A program made the position numbers and the translations under genes. Under the pieces are notes generated by a model that saw nothing but the letters and a program-made list of their open reading frames with translations, was not told where the DNA came from and did not search any database. This document shows positions 1-11,500 of a stretch of 64,000 bases of DNA, one piece after another (position 1 is the first letter of the stretch; each line of letters opens with the position of its first letter). The stretch is from the NCBI GenBank assembly GCA_000388065.2, contig KB932204.1; one strand, written 5' to 3'. Origin of the DNA: Fonticula alba ATCC 38817. Lineage: Eukaryota; Protista; Nucleariida.

Positions 1-56
1 CAGAATAATCGAGATGAAACCTCGCCAAAGGAAGCTCAGAGGGGGAGGAAGAACGC

Positions 57-739
57 ACAAGGTACGCTGCCGCGACTTCGCTGGCGGTGGGGAGGGAGCA
101 CGCCGGGTGTCGCGGCCACGACCACCACGACCGTGTCGCGCATGGCTTGATGGGGCCGGCGGCGGGGGCGCGGCGGCGGCCGCCGCCTGCTTGCGCTTCT
201 GCAACTCCTCGTGAGCCTTCGCCGCTTCGGCTTGCCTCATTTGTTGGCGGAATTCCTGGTCTCGAAGGCGTCGCTCCTCGGCCTCCTTGGCCTCGCGCTC
301 GGCGGCCTGGCGCTCACGCAGCGCCCGGGGGACGAACACCGGCTGGTCGGGCGCGCGAGGCATGTTAGCATGTTGAAGGAGAAACCGCGGGGCTCAGGCT
401 CGTATGATGGCGGGGCGCACCTTGTCAGACTGCTTTTGCTCCTTCTGCTCGCGCCGCTGGCGGAGAAGCTCCGCCACGTCAATCGGGCCAGAGCGAGCCT
501 TGAGCGGAAAATCGGCATATTTGTGTGGAAGGGAGGCGGGCGAGGTGAGTAGATGGCACAGGCTGGAACACAGCCAGCGTGAGATCGAAAGAAAGGTGAC
601 GCACGGTCGGGGGAGCAGGCGAGGGGCGATCGACATCACGATCGGCATCGCGGACCGCGCTACGGGCAGACAGCGGGCTGGCATTGCTTCCACCGTCGCG
701 GGTGGTGCTACGCAGGGAGGAGCTATCCCGAGGGCGCAT
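57..739 (-). CDS. 5' part of a putative DDX23/Prp28 U5 snRNP DEAD-box helicase; the gene probably continues off the left edge
   Basis: Exons 739-605, 498-421 and 342-~57 join in phase at GT-AG sites (GCTAAC branch at 363-368). They give ...GPIDVAELLRQRREQKEQKQSDKPVFVPRALRERQAAEREAKE..., which resembles the DDX23 N-terminal segment [30 protein letters not shown]. No helicase motifs lie inside the window. Confidence 0.5.
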
Positions 740-994
740 GGCACGAGGTATGTGACGAAGGGGCAAATCCGGAAGAGGAGGGAGAGGAAGGGAGAAGTAT
801 GGACAAGTGGGTGGATCACCCAGGCACGGAGGGAGAGAAAAGGAGGAGGGGGGGGGGAGAGAGAGAAAAGGAGGGGGACGGGGAGGGAGAGAGAGAAAGG
901 GACTGTGAGCAGGGAACAGTCATTCTACGGGGGGCGTTGGGCCCGATATACTAGACAAAATGCCACCGGACTCGGTGGTCCTTTACGTCGGCAG

Positions 995-1003
995 TTGGCC
1001 AAT
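995..1003 (+). promoter_or_regulatory. Candidate CCAAT box in the DDX23/SmD3 divergent promoter
   Basis: TTGGCCAATC lies about midway between the two divergent ATGs, and a similar GGCCAATC lies near 43070 between METTL9 and the Vip1-like gene. This is a motif match only. Confidence 0.25.
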
Positions 1004-1298
1004 CCCCTCGCGTCCGTCCTAACCGTGCGAGCACCCCCGTCCCTGTGCCCGCGACTCGGCCGGGGGGTGCCCTCCTTTTTTTGGCCGCACTGGCGCCAGT
1101 CCTCGGCGGGCTTTCTTTTTTTTTTCCTTCCTTTTTCCTCCTTTTCAGGTCCCACAGTCAATACAGGACAGGACTCCTCCGCAGAGTTCCCTCGCCCTCC
1201 TCCCCTCTTCCCTCCCCTTGCCCTCTGCTCGGTAGCTGCGCCCCGGCTGCCTTGTCATTTTCCCGCCCCTCCCCTCCCCCCCTTCGGAAGCACGCGCC

Positions 1299-2266
1299 AT
1301 GTCTCTCGGGATCCCCGTGAAGCTCCTGCACGAATCGTGCGGCCATACCATCACCGCCGAGCTCAAGACCGGTGAGGTGCGTCATCTGGAAGCCTGGGCC
1401 GGGAATTTCAGGCTAGGGCCCTTGCTGTTGCTGCTGTTGCTGCATGACTGCCATTCGCTTTCCCCTTTTAACCTTCCCCTGCCTCCGCCCCCTTCCCCAT
1501 GCTATCCGCATGCCCTCCCCAGGTATACCGCGGCAAGCTTGTCGACGCTGAGGATAACATGAACTGCCAGATGGTTGACGTTACTTTCACGGCTCGGTGC
1601 GTTTACATTATTATTTTTCCTCCTTCCTATCAACCCCCCATGGCCTCCGCTGCTGCCCGGGGTTCGCGGGCGCACCACCAGAATGTCCAGGATATATAAG
1701 TCCTCGCGACTGACGTCAAACAAAATAACACCCACTCGCCTGCCAGTGACGGTAAGACCTCGCGCCTGCGTCATGTTTACATTCGTGGCTCGCACATTCG
1801 CTTTTTCATCGTCCCCGACCTCGTGCGCCCTGCTGTTCCGCCATTTTGTGCCTTGTGTCCCCTTCTTCCTTTTTCTCTCTAACACGCCTCCCTCCCCTCC
1901 CTCGGTGTTCTCTCTCGCTCTCTTTACGGCCTCCCTCCCCCCCCCCCTTCTCCTCCTCCCATCTGCGGACACGCGTAACCACAGCTGAAGCACGCTCCGA
2001 TGTTCAAGCGCGCTGGCATCAAGGGAAATAAGGTCCCCTCCGAGGAGAAGCCCGGGAGTGGTATGTCATAAGGGTCCTGCCATGGCCATGCTTGGTTCTT
2101 CGCCTCATCCTTGATCCCTTTCATTGTCGATTGGAGCCTCTCGTCAACTTACACACCCCACGCCCTCCCTTGTGTGTCTCTTTGCCGGGGTGGGGGAAAA
2201 AAAAAAAAAGGAAAACGCCCTGGGTCGGATGCTCCTGGTGGCCCGGCCAAGCGCGCCAACAACTAA
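1299..2266 (+). CDS. SNRPD3: Small nuclear ribonucleoprotein Sm D3
   Basis: Exons 1299-1376, 1523-1596, 1747-1822, 1985-2060 and probably 2211-2266 give [83 protein letters not shown], with canonical Sm1/Sm2 motifs. If the last intron is not spliced the ORF stops at 2071. Confidence 0.95.
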
Positions 2267-2639
2267 GTCCAATTTACGGGGTTCCCCACGCACGCGTGCA
2301 TCTTCGATGCCATGACTTTGCGTGACCAGGAAGAAACGGGGCCTGCCCTCTCTCCCTCCCCCTCACACGCGACGACGCCTCCTCTACTTTACCCACCATA
2401 TATCTCCTCCTCCCTCCTCTCATCTCTGTTCTGGGACTACATCAGCACGATTGCTCATTTCCCTGCCTCTCCCCTCATATGGGCGGGGGAGGCACATCGC
2501 CCGCATGATGGAGCCCTAGCACGGTCTGTCCTTTGTCCTTCATAATACTAAACATCTGAGTTTGCCTCTCTTTTTTTTGGATCATCCCAATGTTCTGCCA
2601 CACCGGGGCAGGGTCCTTGCCTTCCGGGACCGAGAGGGG

Positions 2640-2642
<3 letters not shown>

Positions 2643-2671
<29 letters not shown>
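2643..2671. repeat. (GA)n microsatellite; one of many GA/CT, CA/GT and poly-G/poly-C tracts in introns and intergenic DNA
   Basis: Seen directly; similar tracts occur at about 5822, 6366, 25895, 41161 and 43408. Confidence 0.9.
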
Positions 2672-2674
<3 letters not shown>

Positions 2675-3906
2675 AGGCAAAGGCAATTCCCCGGCCCTGC
2701 TCCCGGGGTCGACAGCTGTTGGCATACGCTCGCCTTGAGGCAAGGCATTCAGACAAGGTGGGAGGCCTCCCTGGGTCATGACACCAATTCGCGGCACATC
2801 GATGTGGGATTTGAGCGCGGCTGCGAACGGCGGGACACACGGCGCCAGAAGAATCCCGCGGGCGCGAGGGGCGGAAAGCCCGAGTGGCCCATCGTGTGGT
2901 GGGGATCAGAAAAACTGCCGCCCCCATTGGATGCTGGTGTGACTTCTCCGTGTGATTGTCGGATCTTAATATACAGAACGAGACTCCGCCCGGAAACCCG
3001 GGGGAGTCTCTGGGGCGGATTGAATCTCCGGTTCTTGCGGGGACGGGCGGAGGGGGGGGGGGGGGGGGGGAGCGAGTCGCCAGTTGCCCAGACAAGCGAG
3101 GATGAGTGCTACCTCGGCCAAGGGAGAACAAGGAAAACCCGCGGGGCCGTCCCTGGGGACGGGGGAGGAAGGGGGGGGCGGGGGCCAGCTCGGCTGGCCC
3201 GGACCTGTTCCCGAAGTGGCTCCGATCGCCGGCCATGGCCTTCGCGACCGGGGTCCTCCTCGAGAGCTGACTGGCTGCCGGCTGCGCGGGTACCCCCCAC
3301 CCCCTGCCCCGCCCTGGCCCTGCTTTTGGCCGGCCTCAAGCGAGTGTCCCTCGGCCATGGGGGAAGGGCGAAGCCCGCTCTTCGGATGTGGCCCGGGACG
3401 ATCGAAGAGATATGCATGCCCGCGGCCCAGGCGCGACCGCGGCCTTCTCTCGGGTCTCGGACACATGCGTAGGTCTCCCACCGGAGCGGTGCGAACCCCG
3501 GCACACCGCTCGCGCTCCTCCTCTCAAGGGAGGAGGGGCCCCGCTTCTTGGTGCGCAGCCTTCCTCCAGGCCCGTGCCCATCCTCATCCGCTGGGTATCA
3601 CAATTTGGGCGAGCCCTCTCCGTGGTCGACACCTCCTCGGTATGAACACCCCATCCCCTCCTTCTCACCCCCCATCCTTCTCTTTGCACGCCCTCCCCGC
3701 CCCCTCTCCCCTACGATTGTCGCCTGCTGCCCACGCCCCCTCCCCCCCTCGTCTTTCCAGCCCGTCTGTGCCCCGTCAAACCGTTCCCCGTTCGTGCGCA
3801 GCCTCGCCGGCCCGCACTTGGACCAGCCCGTGACCCCTGCTCCTTACTCCCGTCGCTGATCGGTCTCCCTCCCTGTGTTCGCGCGCGCGTACACGCACTT
3901 TTGATA

Positions 3907-5598
3907 ATGGCCACCCGAGACCGCTTCGACACCTTCCTTTCTTATCGCGTCCATGACCGCGTCCCCCTCCGGGTACATACGTCGCAATGATGCCCACCCC
4001 GGCTTTGCCCACTTGCTGACCGCGCGCTTTGAATACCTCTCTGGCATAGCCTCCTCACCAGGAGCACGAGGGGCTCATCGCCTCCAATCGCAACGACATT
4101 GAGCTCGGCCCGATGGCCATTACCCCGCCCAAGTGGTGCGTTCTACTTGCCGATCCCCGCCACCCTCTGCCTCTCCTCCCGGCAACATGCGAAACTCACC
4201 TCCCCCTCTGTTCCCTTCTCCGTCCGCCCAGGGTGCAGTTCTTCAAGGCCTCTAATGACATCATGGATGTCATCGATGTCCACCGTGCGTGCCGGTTTCT
4301 TTTCCACCCTTGAAGGTGTACTTGAGCTCCCAGTCGCTAATTTGTGATTCCTCTCTCTCTCTCCCCCCCCCTCCCCCCTCTCCTCCCTATTGTCCCCTCT
4401 CCAGTCAATGACCTCGAAAGCCGCATGATGAACGCCGCGATTACCACCTTCCAGGACAGCTCCGATCGTGCTCGTAGTGTCGAGGACCTTGGTCAGAAAA
4501 TCTCTTCGGTATGCAAGCATTGGCTTCGGCCTGCCTGACATATGCCCATCTCCGTTCTCTCGCCATTGCGCGTCGCTAACTTTGGCCCTCCATGTTCTGT
4601 CCCTCGCCCGCCTCTCGCTGGAACACTCCCGCCCAGGCCATCCGCGACGCCCATAAGGTGGTGAAGATGCTGAATGTGGCCGAGCGCGACGAGACCCCTG
4701 AGGTCACCCTGTCGCGGACAAATGCCCAAAAGAGCGTGGCTCTGCGTCTACAGGAGCAAAGCACCAAGTTGCGCCGTCTCCAGAGTGACTTCCTTTCTAG
4801 TACGCCTGGGTCCATGTGCCGTGGCCATTCATTTCTCCGCCTTTGCGACGCGAATGTGGCCACCTTTGTTCGCTCGCCAAAAAAAAAAAAAAGACAACCC
4901 TGCTGACCTCAAGAGTTACCCCACAGTCCTCAATGGATCCACACACTCGAACAATGTCCTTCTTGAGTTCGATCAGGATGTCGAGGACTATGTCGATCCG
5001 GTGCGTGTCTCCCTGCCACCTGGCGGCTGGTGGGGAATAGTGTGACTTCATTTTGGATCTTCCCTCTGCGCGCCTCCTCCGGCTGACCCTGTCGCACGCA
5101 CTCCAGGGCTTCACGCTTGAGCAAATTGCCGCGGTTGATAACCACGCGGCCTTTGTGACGGATCGCGTGCGCAAGATCAACGAGCTCAATCAGTCTATAG
5201 CCTCGCTGGCCGAGATTTTCAACGATCTGCAGAACTTGGTTCACATTCAGGGCACTGTGCTCGATCGCATTGATTACAACCTGGAGAATGTTGTTGCCCA
5301 TACGAAGCGCGCCAATGAGGAAGTCCAGCAGGTACGCCCGATACTTTGCCCGATTGAATGGCTGCATCATCTGTGCCACCAGGAAAAGAAGAAAAAAGGC
5401 GCCCTCCCGAACCCTCCTCTCTGACCACAACTCCCTGCCCATCCCATTTTGCCATTTGACCCTGCCTCCCGTCATGTTTGCCTTTGACAGGCCTCCAAGT
5501 ACCAGAAGGGGTCGCAGAAGAAGCTTGCCATCATCCTGCTCATTGCTGTGGCCATTGCGCTGCTGCTGTTCGTAGCGGCCCGCCCTCGGGGCAAGTGA
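3907..5598 (+). CDS. STX16: Syntaxin-16/Tlg2 Qa-SNARE
   Basis: About eight exons. N-peptide MATRDRFDTFLSYR, the PPKW motif, an Habc-like region, the SNARE motif FNDLQNLVHIQGTVLDRIDYNLE (5107-5331), and a C-terminal TM anchor KKLAIILLIAVAIALLLFVAARPRGK* (last exon 5491-5598). Confidence 0.9.
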
Positions 5599-6089
5599 TG
5601 CGCCAACCAGTGCCGACCTGGCCGGAAGGCGCCCCTGCTCTCCCGGCCGGCCGCATTGCCTCCTTGTTTTCGATCAACCGCGGCACGAATGTCTTGTCGC
5701 TTGCGAGTGGGGTGTCTCCATGCTCTCGGGAAACTGTCCCAGGAGCGACATGACCCGTAAATACAAATATGATAGCCGAGCCAGAATTCCGATCACACGG
5801 CCAAGGACAGGGAGAAAGGAAGGGATGAAAGAGAGAGAGAGAGAGAGAGAGAGAGGCGGTCAGGGTGAGGGGAAGGAAGTGAGGGGAACACGAGGGGGAA
5901 ACGAGCACTTGAGACTCGATAAATGGGCATCAAGATGCTCATAAAGCACACCACAGGCGTAGTCCAGGAGATTGGATTTATTTGGCTGGGGGGAGAGGGG
6001 GCAAAAAAAAACATACGGAGGCGAGAGGAGTGCCGCCATTGGTCGCTTCGGTCAAGCGTGAAAAGACAACAAGCGGTCGAACCAGCAAC

Positions 6090-6353
6090 CTACTCCTCCG
6101 CAGTGGCGGCGATGGTGGCGCTGGCAACATACTGAGTAGTCTTGACGGCGGTGGACTTAGCGGTAGCAGCGGCCTGGTTGAGAGCGGCATCGACGCGGTG
6201 CTCATGCTTGCGGAGGAAGGGCGACAAGATCTTGTCATAGATCATGACGGAGCCCTAGAGAGGAGGGGGGATTTGGGTGTATGTGCGTGTGTGCATGTGT
6301 GCATGTATGTGTATGCGTGTGTGTTGCGGGTATGTATGCGTGAGCAGGAGAAA

Positions 6354-6405
<52 letters not shown>

Positions 6406-6992
6406 AGGAGGAACAGGGGGAGGAGAGGTGCCATGTGTTGAGGGGGGGCAAAAGCATTGTTGGGCACAAACGCACATGAGTCCAGGGGGAGAAGAGGTAG
6501 ACAAGGAAGACGAGCTTGATGAAAAAGTAGCCAGGGAAGCTGTCAAGGGAAAGGAGAAAAGAAGAAGCGGGAGAGGGAGAGGTAAGTGTTGAGAAACAAG
6601 GCAAGGGCATGGCACCAAGGGAAAGTAGGGAGCAAGATGGGCACAGGGGGGGGGGGAGGGGGAGATGCTACGCACAGGAGCAGGATGAAGGAGATGAAGT
6701 ACTCGATGGTGGAGAAGAAAGCGTAGACAACCCAATAGGTCAGCCACAGCTTGTCATCCTCGGTCTCCTTAGACTCGATGGCCTTGAAGGAGGCATACGC
6801 CGGGTAGACAAAACCCACCAGGCTGGTGACCAGGCCAGCCAGGGAGGTCAGCAGGGACAGGAGAATCAGCGCAACGCCGGCGCCAAAGAGGTGGATCTTC
6901 TGCAGACCGGTCTTCTTGGAGATCTTATCCAGCATCTCTGACTTGTCCAGCTGCTTCTGGATGTCGGAGATGATCTTCTCGTAGCTGACCAT
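6090..6992 (-). CDS. YOP1: YOP1/REEP5/DP1 ER tubule-shaping protein (TB2/DP1/HVA22 family), 181 aa
   Basis: Exons 6992-6676, 6539-6476 and 6254-6090 total 546 nt in phase. They contain LVGFVYPAYASFKAIES...DDKLWLTYWVVYAFF and FPGYFFIKLVFLVYL. Confidence 0.95.
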
Positions 6993-7930
6993 GGTGAAGG
7001 GACGTGACGATGGAGGGAGAGAGGGGGGGGGACGAGTGGTGAAAGAGTAAGGGAGGGGGGGGGGGGTCGAGATGGCGGGGGACGGGTGTGTGGGCAACAC
7101 CGTGGTACTGCAACCAAGGACACGGAAAAATATCCCAGAGAAAGGCGAGACTTTCGGGAATGCGAGAGGAAAAGAAAAGGCATCCAGCACACCGTATTTG
7201 CCTCCCCCCCCCCCCCGGAATCCCGAAGATATCTCGGTTCACGCGGGTCCGCTTCCTGGTTGTAGGCGGGCCGGCGGAGGATCAGACCGCGCCCAGCTCC
7301 CACATGCACAGGGGGGGCAAGGCAAGGGGGCGCGAGGGACCACGCTTGACAACATCTAGCGGCGCGCGTAATTGAGGACCGCCCGGGGCGGTGGCCGGCT
7401 GCCTGTACAATAGGCCTTGTGATGTCGGCGAGATGCGGCCAGGGGGGGGGGGGACCGGGGGAGGGCAGATCGAGTTCCCAACGTCGGCCGCACCCGAACA
7501 CTCTCCATCTTTCCTGGAACGACCGGCTGGTCAGTGAGATCCCGCGGGCAGCCCCTCCCGCTGGTGGGGGCATGGTCTCTGAACGAAACCGAGAGCCCGC
7601 ACCCCCGAAAGGGGGATTCGCAGACCGCCAGACCGAAACTGAGCGGGCGGCGGCGGGGGGCATGGAACTTGTACTGCGCCTTACAACAGCTGGCCGGCCT
7701 CCCTACAGCATTACCCCGCGCCGGATAATTAGTGTCCGAACAAATATGCCCTCCCCCCGCAGGGAGACGGACCTCTTGGCAGGTGGCGCCAGCGAGGCAG
7801 GGCCACGGGAAAGGGGGGCACCTTCAATGCTCGAAGCGGGGACCGGCGCAATAGCCCCCCCCCCCCCCCCGACTATGGGCCAGGACAGGGCAGGCGGCGG
7901 CAGCGGCAAGAGACCCTCTAGCTCCCCACC

Positions 7931-8031
7931 NNNNNNNNNNNNNNNNNNNNNNNNNNNNNNNNNNNNNNNNNNNNNNNNNNNNNNNNNNNNNNNNNNNNNN
8001 NNNNNNNNNNNNNNNNNNNNNNNNNNNNNNN
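7931..8031. other. Assembly gap (101 N)
   Basis: Run of N. Confidence 1.
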
Positions 8032-8529
8032 CCCAGGAAGCCCCAGTCCCCCGGGCGCGCGTGAATGTGGGCCGCAAGCTGTCCAGAGGACTCCCCTCCG
8101 GGGGGACATTCCGCCAATAATATTCGGCGTGATTGGGTCACGCCTGTGCCTGGCGGTTTCTTTATACGTTGGCATCTGGGCGCCGATCGGATTTTTGAAA
8201 TTCGGCTGTCCTCCACGGGAGGGCGAGAGGTGGGACGGAACGATCTCGTCCGGGCGGGAACCTATTTCCGGCGCCTGCTCAAAGCCCAGATCCTCCTCCC
8301 GGCTTGTTTCCCGCTCCTCTCTCTCTCTCCCCCCCCCCCCTCGCCCAATTCGCTCTTTCTTCCATCCCGTCCACAAATCCACACCTGCCCCTGCACGCAT
8401 ACATCTGCACACACGCACGAGCACGCCCTGGCACACGGGTTCCCCCCCCCCCCCCTGTAGATCCGCTCCTGTCCCTGGGCATCTTTCTTCGGCCGGCGTG
8501 GGATGCTGTCCCGGTGACACCTGTGAACC

Positions 8530-11500
8530 ATGTCGAGTGCCACCTTGACCCCTCCGGGACCCAATGCGAAGCCCCTGGCGCGACTGGCTGCCTCTGAGCA
8601 TCGCCTGGATACGCTGAGCTCCTGGCGGACCACCCGGAGTACGATCATCAGGCAACGCTTTGCCGAGGAGGGCTGGTTTCACATCCCGCCACCGAAGTTC
8701 GCCAACCGCGGTCGGCCGCTCAACGACCCGTCACGCATTCCGGTGGACTATCTCCAGTGCTATGTGTGCCGGCAAGGCCGCGGCCACTGGGACCGGACCG
8801 AGGACCCGCGGTACGTCATGGGCTTCGGCCACTGCATATGCACACCTCGCCCACCCTCTGACCTCCTGTGCGCCTGCCATGTGTGCATGCTTGCTGACGT
8901 CCTGGGATTGACAGGCAGGCCCACGTGAATATGAACCCCGCGTGTCCCCTTCTGAATCTGCACTTGCAAGAGAGTCGAGTGTATACCTTCATGCTGCCCG
9001 AGGTGGCGGACAGCTCATCGGCGGCTGTATCAACTTGCGGTCGACTGACGCTGCCAATTGACCGGTATCCTCCCAGCTACTGGCCGCACTCTGGGGCACT
9101 TTCGCCGGAAGAAGTACGCCGACGGATGGCCCCTGGTCTCCGGCTGTGGCGGAAAGTCAGGGGAGAGCAGGGCAGATCTCTCTCGCGGAATTTGGCTGCT
9201 TCACTTACGCGGGACCTTGTCTTGCCTTTCTTTCCCCCCCCCCCCCCCCCCCCCCCTGTTGCCCTGACGAAGATGGCCCGAGCTGGATTTTTCTATTCGC
9301 CTCGCAGCGTGACACCTGACCAGGCATCCTGCTACAGCTGCGCCGTTTCCCTTGGCGGATGGGAGCCCACTGACACGGCGATGTGCGTTTGATCGGGGCT
9401 GCGGCCTCTTCTTTGGCGTGCTTTTCGCCACCTCCTTCGCCCACCCGCGTGCTGACACATTGCCGGTGTGACTGTGCGTGTCTGCGAAGTGGCGAGCACT
9501 CTCGGCGAGATGTGGCAGCCTATTGCGAGCATCTGCGCGCCCTCGATGCACAGGCCGCCGAATCCGATGCTCCTCGCGAGTCGGAGTATCTATCGCCAGC
9601 GGCCGCACCATCAAAGCCCGCCACCGCAGCCTCACCAGGCAACCCGCCGCAGGGGTCTCTATTGGATGGCCGCCTCTCCCCTGCCTCGCCCTTTGTCCAC
9701 TCATGCCCGGCGAGCCCTCTTTTTGAGATGATGTCGGCGGCGACACACGCCGAGGCGACATCACCAAGCGGCCGGACATCCCAAACAACAGATGCTTTGA
9801 CCCGTTCCCCTGTCGGTGTGGTGTCGCCCCTGAACTCGGGAAAGCGCCAACGTGCTGCTCCGGATGTGGAAGGAGCCCCACCGCGGTCAACGCGCAAGTC
9901 GCCTCGCCTGGCGCTTGCCTCCGGGGGCAGTGGCACCAGGGATTTGGACACGTCTCCCAGGATGGGCCCAATGGCGGGCCCCGAGTCGCCACTACTGTCT
10001 GACTCGGCAGCCATAATGACGCATCGACCGGTTCGTGGGCTCGATTCTGATATCAAGCCCGAGCCCAAGTCCGATACTGAGCCTGAGGTTGTCGATACTG
10101 AACCTGAGGCTGCCGACACTGAACTTGAGGCTACCGACACCGAGCTTGGGACTGCCGACACCGAGCCTGAGACTGCCGACACCGAGCTTGAGACTGCAGA
10201 CACCGAGCTTGAGGCTGCCGACGCTGGGTCCGAGATTAAGCTTGATACTGAGCCTGGGGTCGCCGTTAATGAGATTGAGACTCATGTTATGTCTAAGGAA
10301 CAAATCGAGCAGGAGGCTGAGATCGAGATCGACACCGAGATGCAGACCGAGATCGACGCCGAGATGCAGACCGAGACCAACACCGACAGCGACACCGAGA
10401 TGCAGACTGGTATTGCAAACGAGCAATCCACGCCCAAACTAGAAACGCAAGTCGAGCCGGTGCCAGGGCTTGAATCGCAACTGGTGCTAGGACCGGAGAT
10501 GGGGTCGGAGCTGCCCTCCGGACCCGAGCAGGAGCTTTCATTCTCGTGTAGGTCGAGAACCCAATCGATCTCCGATCAAGACGAACTGGTACGCCGGATG
10601 ACGGGCGAGCTGAGCCCCGAAGGGACATTGGCGCTGGCCGAACCGAAGGAGAGCGTTTCTCCGGCAAGCAGTTTGAACCGGGTAACCACCAGTCCAAGTA
10701 TGCGGCCGAGCTTAAGCCGGATCGCCCAAGCACCAGAGGATGGCGCCCGGGCCTCTTGTGTATCCTTCGCCCACCCAACACCCCGGACATACCCGGCCTC
10801 TCCGAGCCCAACGCCGCCCATTCCCCAAAGCCCGGCCCCTCCGACCCCAAGCCCGGTGCCTGGGTTTCGGGTGGCCGCATCTCCGGGCACCGATGGTCGG
10901 CCGTGCTCGCTGCAGTTGGTGACCGCGCCGGCTGGGCACCGGTCGCCAGTAACAGCCGAGCCGACTTCGGCCCCGCGGCAGCCCCGGCCTGCCTCCCCCG
11001 ACGACCTGGCCACACTGGAGTCGCCGCTTTTTCAGAATATCGGCCCCGCCATGGCGGCAGCCACCGGGCACGACCCATGGACGCATGCCACTTCATTGAC
11101 TGGCATCCGTGGGTTGGAAACCAGCCCGGACACTTGGCTCCGGCGGCGGCTAACACAGGGGCTGCTGTTGGCGTCCGAATCGGAGCCAGTGACCCCGGGA
11201 GGCAAGTCCCCTCGGCGCGGTGCTGGCGATGGTGATGCCGATGCTGATGCTGATGATGGCTGGCCGCGACCGATCACCGCCGGGGAGGATCCGCCAGCTG
11301 GTGCATCGACACCCATCGAGCAGCAGTCTCCATCGCCGCGGTTCCCGGCACACCCGCTGAATGTGCTGGCATTGGGAGTGGTCCTCCCTCCGGGGCGGCC
11401 GGGCCTGGGCGCCTCTCCCCAGCGACTGCCGAAGGGCCCGACGTCGGGCCAAACTCCGCTGACGCCGGACCACCGGGCAGTCCCGGCGGCGACCGACATT

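Noticed and set aside
2730-2980. RNase P/MRP-like words (ATTCAGAC, GGAAAGCCCG, ACAGAAC)
   Set aside because: No complementary P4 partner in the correct order on either strand.
8126-8200. 7-bp hairpin GGCGTGA/TCACGCC followed by an Sm-site-like ATTTTTG, considered as an snRNA
   Set aside because: No U1 5' end, U2 GUAGUA, U4/U6 pairing region or U5 loop I (GCCUUUUAC) nearby; more likely BIR1 promoter sequence.
9065-9075. GTATCCT resembling a U12-type 5' splice site
   Set aside because: It lies inside an open exon (DRYPPSYWPH) of BIR2, with no U12 branch consensus downstream; the gene splices in phase without it.
9992-10442. Overlapping repeat-rich ORFs (LRLPTPS and SLKLGV repeats) on other frames
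   Set aside because: They are shadow frames of the BIR1 coding minisatellite.
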